From contig OZ271840.1 in NCBI GenBank assembly GCA_965601735.1, positions 1,192,523-1,256,522 on the forward strand: a stretch of 64,000 nt of DNA. The letters are read 5' to 3'. The notes beneath the pieces are model-generated. The model saw only the letters and a list, made by a program, of their open reading frames with translations, was not told the DNA's origin and searched no databases. This DNA comes from Alphaproteobacteria bacterium. GTDB taxonomy: Bacteria > Pseudomonadota > Alphaproteobacteria > JBBDQX01. Positions 57,592 to 64,000 of the stretch are shown here, piece after piece. Made by a program: the position numbers and the translations under genes. Positions within the stretch are counted from its first letter, which is position 1. Every line of letters begins with the position of its first letter.

Positions 57592-58812
57592 CTAGTCCGC
57601 CAGCCCGGCGACGGCGCCGTCGCGCAGGAGATCCGCAATCTCCGTGTCCGAAAGGCCGGCGTCGCGCAGCACCGCTTCGGTATCTGCGCCCAGCCGCGGC
57701 GGCGGTGTGTCGAGTTGCGGTCCACCCTCGTCAAATGAGAAGGCGGCAACTGGCACCGTCAGGTCCCGATCAAGTCCCGGCACGTTCTTGAAGGTGCCAT
57801 GGATATTACGACTGGCGACCTGGGGATGGGCGATGGCCTCGGGGAAGGTGCGCACGATACTCGCCGGCACCCGGTGAGCGTTCAGGATTCCCTCCCACTC
57901 CGCCGCGGTGCGGGTAGCGAAAACCGTAACGAGGATCGCGCGCAGGGCCTCACCGTGTTCCTTGCGCGCCTGATGGGTGGCGAAACGGGCGTCCTCGGCC
58001 AGTTCCGGCTGGCCGATGGCGGTGCACAGCCGGGTGAATTCCTGCGGCGAGTTGCACGCGATCATCAGCAGCCGGTCCTTGGTATCAAACTTGCCTGAAA
58101 GCGGGCTGCCGCTGTTGGAGACGCCGCCCCGAGTCTCACCGCCGCTGCCGGTTGTGAGATAGTCAGCGACCACGGTGCTCATCATCAGCATCGCGGTGTC
58201 TAGCATCGACATGTCGATATAGGTGCCGGCGCCAGTCTGGGCGCGCTTGAACAGGGCGCTGGCCACCGCGAAGGCCGCCATGGTGCCGGTGGCATAATCG
58301 ATCACCGGCGGGCCTACTTTCACTGGCACCTGGTCTCGGTTGCCCGTCAGCATCATCAGGCCCGAGGCGGCCTGGATCACCATGTCATAGGCCGGATCCT
58401 CGGCGCGCGGGCCGCTACCGCCATAGCCGGTACAGGCGCAATAGACGATGTCGGGTTTGCGTTCGCGCACCTGGGCGTAGCCGGCGCCGATGCCCTCGAG
58501 CACTCCGGTGCGGTAGTTCTCCACCACAACATCGGCGGTGGCGGCCAGGCGCAGATAGGCATCACGCCCGCCCGGCGTGTTGAGATCGATCACGACTGAT
58601 CGCTTGTTGCTGGCCTGGGTCATGAAGTTGAGACCCATGCGCCGGTCGCACATCTCCTGGTGCGGCCCGCCCATCCAGCGCCGGATATCGCCCCCCGGAG
58701 GCTCCACCTTGATGACGTCCGCGCCCAGCAGTCCGAGCTGATAACTGCAGAACGGACCCGCCAGAATATGGGTGAGATCAAGCACGCGGATGCCTTCAAA
58801 GGGTCGGCTCAT
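57592..58812 (-). CDS. Family III CoA-transferase (CaiB/BaiF)
   Basis: GIRVLDLT..LAGP, LGADVIKVEPP.GD, NKRS, DVVVENYR, catalytic YD..IQA.SG, PPRLGADT. Confidence 0.95.
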   Translation of the reverse strand: MSRPFEGIRVLDLTHILAGPFCSYQLGLLGADVIKVEPPGGDIRRWMGGPHQEMCDRRMGLNFMTQASNKRSVVIDLNTPGGRDAYLRLAATADVVVENYRTGVLEGIGAGYAQVRERKPDIVYCACTGYGGSGPRAEDPAYDMVIQAASGLMMLTGNRDQVPVKVGPPVIDYATGTMAAFAVASALFKRAQTGAGTYIDMSMLDTAMLMMSTVVADYLTTGSGGETRGGVSNSGSPLSGKFDTKDRLLMIACNSPQEFTRLCTAIGQPELAEDARFATHQARKEHGEALRAILVTVFATRTAAEWEGILNAHRVPASIVRTFPEAIAHPQVASRNIHGTFKNVPGLDRDLTVPVAAFSFDEGGPQLDTPPPRLGADTEAVLRDAGLSDTEIADLLRDGAVAGLAD

Positions 58813-59071
58813 GGCGGGTCAACCGTGCGGTGCGAGGGCAGGTGCCGGCGGCGCGCCAGCATGCGGAACGCTAGCCCGAGTGCAGCGTCGACACAACGCG
58901 GTGGCGCAATTGCTGTAACGCAAGGCGCCGCATCGCCTTGGCGCGCCTTGCGCGCTCCCACGGATTGCGCCACCTTTACGCCCGCGCAACACCGCGCAAG
59001 CGCCCGGGACACAGAAGCCCGGCGGCGCAGAGGGCAAGGGGTGGGTCACCGCCCCCGTTTGGAGAGTTTCG

Positions 59072-59527
59072 TTGCTCAGCCATCATGATCGCGTCGCCGG
59101 TCTGGTCCTGTTCGTCTTCTCGGCGGCAGCCTTCGCGTTGACGTTCACCTTCCCCGTTTCGGCAATCGGGCACACGCGCATGGTGACCGGCGCTATGGCC
59201 GTGCTGTCGGCGATCCTGTTTTTCCGATCCTTTACGGCGGCTGAGCGCGAAAAGACCTTTGAGCCGTTCATGCGCCACCCGGGCCGCTTCGCTCTCGGCT
59301 TCTTGATGACAGTGGCCTATGTGTTGGGCTGTGAATATGTCGGCTACTACACCTCCTCGGTGATCTTCATACCGGTGGCGGCATACGCGCTGGGCCTCCG
59401 CCGGCCCCTGATGATCGGCATCACCACGGTGCTGTACTGTCTGACAATCTATGGCGTGTTCGAGATTCTGTTCGGGCGGCCGCTGCCCTCCGAAGGGTGG
59501 ATGGTCTGGCTGGGGCTGACGGTATGA
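59072..59527 (+). CDS. tctB: Tripartite tricarboxylate transporter small permease TctB
   Basis: 4-5 TM segments, GYY, F..LFGRPLP; directly upstream of tctA. Confidence 0.75.
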   Translation: MLSHHDRVAGLVLFVFSAAAFALTFTFPVSAIGHTRMVTGAMAVLSAILFFRSFTAAEREKTFEPFMRHPGRFALGFLMTVAYVLGCEYVGYYTSSVIFIPVAAYALGLRRPLMIGITTVLYCLTIYGVFEILFGRPLPSEGWMVWLGLTV

Positions 59528-59559
59528 ACGCCCGCCGCTTCTTTGCCGGGAGATACTGA

Positions 59560-61095
59560 ATGCTCTTCGAACCCCTGATCTCCGCCTTTTTCGCGACGAT
59601 CCAGCCTGACGCCTTCCTGGCGATCGTCGGTGGCGTCATTTTGGGCATCCTGTTCGGCGCAATGCCGGGCCTGACCGCGACGATGGCAATCGCGCTGCTG
59701 ATCCCGCTCACTTTTTCGATGCAGCCGCTGGTGGCGCTCGGGATGCTTGCCGGCATTCACAATGGGGCGTCCTACGGCGGGGCGATCCCGGCGGTCCTGT
59801 TGCGTATACCCGGCACACCCGGCGCGATCTGTACCACGTTCGACGGCTATCCCATGGCCAAGCAGGGCCTGGCCCGCACGGCATTGAAAATCGCAGTGGT
59901 CTCATCCGCCATCGGCGGGATGGTCAGCGCCATGTCGCTGATGCTGCTGTCGCCGCCGTTGTCCCGCGTTACGCTGGCCTTCGGGCCGCCGGAGATTTTC
60001 TGGGTGAACGTGTTCGGGCTCTCCTCCATCGCCGTGCTGCTCGGAGAAGATGCGGTGAAGGGCCTGCTCGCCGCCCTGTTCGGTGTACTGCTCAGCGCCA
60101 TCGGCATCGATGCTGTGACCGGGCACGAGCGCTTCACCTTCGATATTCTCTACCTTGTCAGCGGTCTGTCGCTACTGATCGTGCTTGTGGGTATGTACGC
60201 CATCCCGCCCGCCTGGGAGATGGCGGAAGACGCAAAACTCACCGGGGTTACATCGGAAGAGCTCAAGTTCGACGACACCAGCAATATCCATCTGCCGATC
60301 GGGGAACTGATTTCCACTTGGGTCCGGTCCTCCATCATCGGCATCATCATCGGGATTCTGCCGGGCGTCGGCGGTACAGCGGGCGGGTTCATTGCCTATA
60401 ACGAAGTACGCCGCGCATCGAGCGATCCCGACAGCTTCGGCAAGGGAAACCCGATGGGCGTTGCCTGTGCCGAGAGCGCCAATAACGCCGACAACGCCGC
60501 GGCCATGATCCCCGCGCTGACGCTGGGTGTGCCGGGCAGCGGGCTAGCCGCCTTGATGCTGGGTGCGCTGCTCATCCACGGCTTGCAACCGGGTCCAGCC
60601 CTGTTCCGTGAGGCCCCCGACGTGGTGTTCGGCTACATGTGGGCCATGTTCCTGTCGTCAGCGATGCTGATCATCTTCGGCGGCATGATGGCGACGCGGC
60701 TGTTCGCTCAAATCCTGCGGCTGCCGCAGGTGCTGCTGATGCCCCTGATCGTCGCGATCACGGTGATCGGCGCCTATACCTTCCAGAACAGTTACTTCGA
60801 CGTGAAGGTCATGATCCTGTTCGGGGCGGTCGGTTACATCATGGAGCGGCTGAAATTCCCTGTAGCGCCGACGATCCTTGGTCTCGTTCTCGGCGAACAG
60901 GCGGAGTACAGCATGCGGGTATCGCTACTGATGAGTGGCGACGACCCGTCAATCCTGTACACCCGCCCGCTGAGCCAGTTCGTGATCCTGCTGGTGGTGC
61001 TGGTGCTGCTCTACCCGATCTTCCGGGCATGGCAGGAAAGCCGCCGTGGCGACAAGCCGGGCGGCGAGCAGCAGACCCCGATCAGCGGCGAGTAA
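59560..61095 (+). CDS. tctA: Tripartite tricarboxylate transporter large permease TctA
   Basis: GAMPGLTATMAIALL.P, YGGAIPA.LL.IPGTP, DGYPMAKQG, ESANNA, P.LTLGVPG, GLQPGP.LF. Confidence 0.95.
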   Translation: MLFEPLISAFFATIQPDAFLAIVGGVILGILFGAMPGLTATMAIALLIPLTFSMQPLVALGMLAGIHNGASYGGAIPAVLLRIPGTPGAICTTFDGYPMAKQGLARTALKIAVVSSAIGGMVSAMSLMLLSPPLSRVTLAFGPPEIFWVNVFGLSSIAVLLGEDAVKGLLAALFGVLLSAIGIDAVTGHERFTFDILYLVSGLSLLIVLVGMYAIPPAWEMAEDAKLTGVTSEELKFDDTSNIHLPIGELISTWVRSSIIGIIIGILPGVGGTAGGFIAYNEVRRASSDPDSFGKGNPMGVACAESANNADNAAAMIPALTLGVPGSGLAALMLGALLIHGLQPGPALFREAPDVVFGYMWAMFLSSAMLIIFGGMMATRLFAQILRLPQVLLMPLIVAITVIGAYTFQNSYFDVKVMILFGAVGYIMERLKFPVAPTILGLVLGEQAEYSMRVSLLMSGDDPSILYTRPLSQFVILLVVLVLLYPIFRAWQESRRGDKPGGEQQTPISGE

Positions 61096-61105
61096 TGCCG
61101 CGCCG

Positions 61106-61858
61106 TCAGTCCTTGTAGTCGGGCTCGTCCCGGTCAAGGAAGCGCAGGAAGCTGTCCCAGAAATCAGCGGTCTTCGGTGTCGCGCCGGTGAAGCGCTTGC
61201 CGTAGTGCTGCGCCACCTCCTCGCGGACCAGCTTCAGTTCGCCCATCTGCCGTGCCAAGAAAGTGCGCTTGCACGCTTCTTCAAGCATGTAGGTCATCTC
61301 ATAGACCTCGGGCACGGTCGGGCCGGTCACCATGATGCCGTGGTTCGACAGGAAGGTGATCGGCTTGTTCGCCGCCGCGGCCATGCGGTCACCTTCCTCA
61401 TTGTCGAGCACGCCGCCGTTGTACTCGCTGTCGTACGCGATCTTGCCGGTGAAGCGCAGCGAGGTCTGATAGGCCGGCTCTAGCTTCGGGTCCTGCAGCA
61501 TTGCCAGCGCGGTCGCATAGGGCTGATGGCTGTGCAGCACCACCGTGGCGTCGGGGTGGGCCTGGTGCATCCGCGCATGGATGAAGAAGGCAGCCGGATC
61601 GACGCGGCCCTCACTGCCGTCCTGGCGGTTGCCCTCATAGTCGACCATCGCGAGCGAGCTGGCGGTAACGAACTCCCACCGGCCGTAGGTGTTGACCAGA
61701 ATACGGTCCGTCTGGCCCGGCACCACCATGCTGATATGGCCGCCGCAGCCTTCCTGCCAGCCGGCGCGGGCGCCGAGGCGGAACAGGGCGGCCAGCTCGA
61801 TACGGGCCTGGCGAACGGGATCAACGGCGTCAGCCGTGCGCAGTGCGGTCGTAGACAT
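61106..61858 (-). CDS. Class II aldolase/adducin-fold protein (array position 1)
   Basis: ARIELAA, HIS, IH..MH, VLHSH, NHG. Confidence 0.9.
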   Translation of the reverse strand: MSTTALRTADAVDPVRQARIELAALFRLGARAGWQEGCGGHISMVVPGQTDRILVNTYGRWEFVTASSLAMVDYEGNRQDGSEGRVDPAAFFIHARMHQAHPDATVVLHSHQPYATALAMLQDPKLEPAYQTSLRFTGKIAYDSEYNGGVLDNEEGDRMAAAANKPITFLSNHGIMVTGPTVPEVYEMTYMLEEACKRTFLARQMGELKLVREEVAQHYGKRFTGATPKTADFWDSFLRFLDRDEPDYKD

Positions 61859-61898
61859 TGGGATACTCCGTTAGGCGGTCGCGCGCGGCGGCGCGGTG

Positions 61899-62654
61899 TC
61901 AGTCTCGGTAATCTGGGCAGACCCGGTCGAGCCGGCGGCACTGGGCCTCGAAGAAGGCTGCCGCATTGAAGCTGGTGCCCTCATGGCGCTTGGCCCCGGC
62001 GGCGCAGATCTCCGGATCGATCTCGAACAGGTCCTTGTTGAACTGCAGCGCAAGTGCCTGGCGCTGGCAGCAGTTTTCCACGGCGTACATGCTGTAGAGC
62101 GCGGCCGCCACCGTCGGACCGGCGGTAATCACCCCATGCCCGGCAAGGAACAGCACGGTGTTGCCTTCGCCCAGCATGCTGGCGAGCCGCGCACCTTCTT
62201 CCTGGTTGTCGCCCGGGCCGTGATACTCCCGGTCGTAGGCGATCTTGCCGTAGAAGCGCATGGTGGTCTGGTGCGCAAACGCAAAGTCCATGTCCTTGGC
62301 CATGGTGAAGGCGGTGGACCAGGGCGCATGGGTGTGCAGAACCACCTTCGCTTCCGGATGTGCCTTGTGGCACATGGCGTGGATCCAGCGCGCGGTCGGA
62401 TCGACCTTTCCCTCACCCGCGACATGGTTGCCGTCGGTGTCGATGACCAGCAGGTCGCTAGCGGTAATCTCCTCCCACAGCAGGCCGTAGGGGTTGATCA
62501 GCACCAGCTTGTCCTGGCCGGGGATGACCATGCTGAAATGGTTCCCCATGCCTTCCTGCCAGCCGAGATAGTCGGCAATGCGGAAGGCGGCCGCGAGTTC
62601 GCGGCGCGCCTCCGCTTCCGGATCGGCCACGACGGTGCGGGCAGTGCTGCTCAT
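61899..62654 (-). CDS. Class II aldolase/adducin-fold protein (array position 2)
   Basis: EGMGNHFS, INPYG..WEE.TAS.L, VLHTH, GHG. Confidence 0.9.
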   Translation of the reverse strand: MSSTARTVVADPEAEARRELAAAFRIADYLGWQEGMGNHFSMVIPGQDKLVLINPYGLLWEEITASDLLVIDTDGNHVAGEGKVDPTARWIHAMCHKAHPEAKVVLHTHAPWSTAFTMAKDMDFAFAHQTTMRFYGKIAYDREYHGPGDNQEEGARLASMLGEGNTVLFLAGHGVITAGPTVAAALYSMYAVENCCQRQALALQFNKDLFEIDPEICAAGAKRHEGTSFNAAAFFEAQCRRLDRVCPDYRD

Positions 62655-62672
62655 GGCCGGGTCTCCTGTGTC

Positions 62673-63428
62673 TTAGGTGGCGTAGTCGGGCTCTTCGCGG
62701 TCCAGGATGCGCTTGTGCGCTTCCAGGAAGGCGATGGCGCTCTTGGTGGTCGGCGGGGTGCGGTCGGCCATCATCTTGCACAGGTCCTCGCGCACCTTCA
62801 CCAGGGGCTGCCCGGCGCTCTGCGCCAGCAGCTGGCGCATGCTCAGCGTCTCGACGTTGTGCATCAGGTGCAGCGCCGCGGCGACCGTCTCACCGACGGT
62901 GATCACGCCATGGGCCGCCATGAACAGCACGGTCTCACCGCCGCCGAGGGCCTCGGCCAGCCGATCGCCCTCTTCCTTGGTGTCGCCAATGCCGTTGTAG
63001 TCGCGGTCCCAGGCGATCTTGCCCCACAGCCGCATGTTGCCCTGATGGGCGAACTCCAGCTCAGCGCCCTCGATCATGGTTAACGCGGTGGAGTACGGCG
63101 CGTGGGTGTGCAGGCAGACCTTGGCGCCCGGATGCGCCTTGTGGCAGCAGGCGTGGATCCAGCGCGCGGTCGGGTGGACCTCTTCACCGTCCACATGATT
63201 GCCGTCCGTGTCGATTACCGTGAGCATGCTGGCGCGGACTTCCTGCCAGAGATAGCCGTACGGGTTGAGGAGGATCAGGTTCTCCTGGCCTGGGACCACC
63301 ATGCTGAAGTGGTTGCCCATGCCGTCCTGCCAGCCGAAGCGCTTGGCGATTCGCAGGGCGGCGGCGAGGTCGACGCGCGCCTGCCAAACGGGATCGGAAC
63401 TGGTGTCGAGTTTGCGGACGGTGCTCAT
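62673..63428 (-). CDS. Class II aldolase/adducin-fold protein (array position 3)
   Basis: DGMGNHFS, LNPYG..WQE.RAS.L, CLHTH, AHG; start at ATG 63428. Confidence 0.9.
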   Translation of the reverse strand: MSTVRKLDTSSDPVWQARVDLAAALRIAKRFGWQDGMGNHFSMVVPGQENLILLNPYGYLWQEVRASMLTVIDTDGNHVDGEEVHPTARWIHACCHKAHPGAKVCLHTHAPYSTALTMIEGAELEFAHQGNMRLWGKIAWDRDYNGIGDTKEEGDRLAEALGGGETVLFMAAHGVITVGETVAAALHLMHNVETLSMRQLLAQSAGQPLVKVREDLCKMMADRTPPTTKSAIAFLEAHKRILDREEPDYAT

Positions 63429-63497
63429 GGTCTCAGTCTCCAATAAGGCTGTGGCCACGGGGGCCGGATAGGCGATGGGCAAGTGCCGCGCGGCGGC

Positions 63498-64000
63498 TTA
63501 GCCGCCGGCGGGTTCCGGATAAAGACCGGCTTGCCGCGCTTTCGATTTCACCAGCCAGTATACCGTCTCGGTGGCGGGCGTCGATATTTCACACAACCGG
63601 CCGAGCGCAGGTACGACACCTATTAGCGGGTCGATTTCCAGCGGCCGGCCGGCCTCGAAGTCCTGCAGCGTCGACGGCTTGAAGCGCCCCAGCGCCTCAG
63701 CCCAGCCAATGCGGGTGGCGATATCGACAGCGAACCGCACCCCCAGGGCCGTGCCGACCGCACGGCACTCCGCCATCATCGTCTCCAGTAGTGGGCGGAC
63801 GTCCGGGTCGGTACACATCTCCACCATGGTGGCGCCAGTGAGCACGCTGATCGGGTTCAGCGCCGCGCTGCCGGTCAGCTTCAGCCATATATCGTCGCGA
63901 ATGCGGCAACTGGCCTCTGGCGCCATGCCGCAGTTGGCGAGGAGTCGGTTTGCAACGGTCAGCCGGTCGCTGTCGCTGCCATCGGGCTCGCCGAGCACCA
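63498..64000 (-). CDS. Ketopantoate reductase (PanE/ApbA)-family protein, C-terminal part (5' end outside the window)
   Basis: LGEP.G, IW.KL, NPIS.LT, KPSTLQD.EAGRPLEID, TP. Confidence 0.85.
   Translation of the reverse strand, partial: VLGEPDGSDSDRLTVANRLLANCGMAPEASCRIRDDIWLKLTGSAALNPISVLTGATMVEMCTDPDVRPLLETMMAECRAVGTALGVRFAVDIATRIGWAEALGRFKPSTLQDFEAGRPLEIDPLIGVVPALGRLCEISTPATETVYWLVKSKARQAGLYPEPAGG

Noticed and set aside
1-64000. rRNA, tRNA, CRISPR array, riboswitch
   Set aside because: Intergenic gaps are short and none showed such a pattern; a covariance-model search would be needed to exclude small RNAs.

Overview
High-GC bacterial DNA; gene content suggests an Alphaproteobacterium (inference). 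It is densely coding, with about 55 CDSs and no rRNA, tRNA, CRISPR array, integrase or transposase visible. (1) 1-4.1 kb: part of a type II secretion cluster (gspO-E-F-G). (2) 4.2-21 kb, the main candidate for an undescribed system: a 7-gene minus-strand operon. It encodes an FAD/NAD(P)H oxidoreductase fused to two cNMP-binding domains and a 4x[4Fe-4S] domain, a four-His membrane protein, an FHA-like/TM/decaheme cytochrome, a small secreted protein, a tandem HbpS/GlcG-like protein, an outer-membrane beta-barrel and a 1276-aa decaheme/beta-propeller protein. A convergent TPR protein, pentaheme cytochrome and MFS gene lie beside it. Together these look like a nucleotide-gated electron conduit across the envelope. 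(3) 21-40 kb: mixed metabolism (GGT, PagL-like, LiuC/LiuE, a SucCD-like ligase with a Glu-less acyl-CoA dehydrogenase, a class III cyclase). Two AT-rich single-gene insertions interrupt it, one a probable HEPN nuclease. (4) 40-64 kb: a catabolic region with tandem paralogue arrays (2 M29/NicX-like, 5 D-2-hydroxyacid dehydrogenases, 3 class II aldolase-fold) plus HyuAB-like, TPP enzyme, CoA-transferase and TctBA genes. All calls come from reading motifs by eye; no database searches were run.
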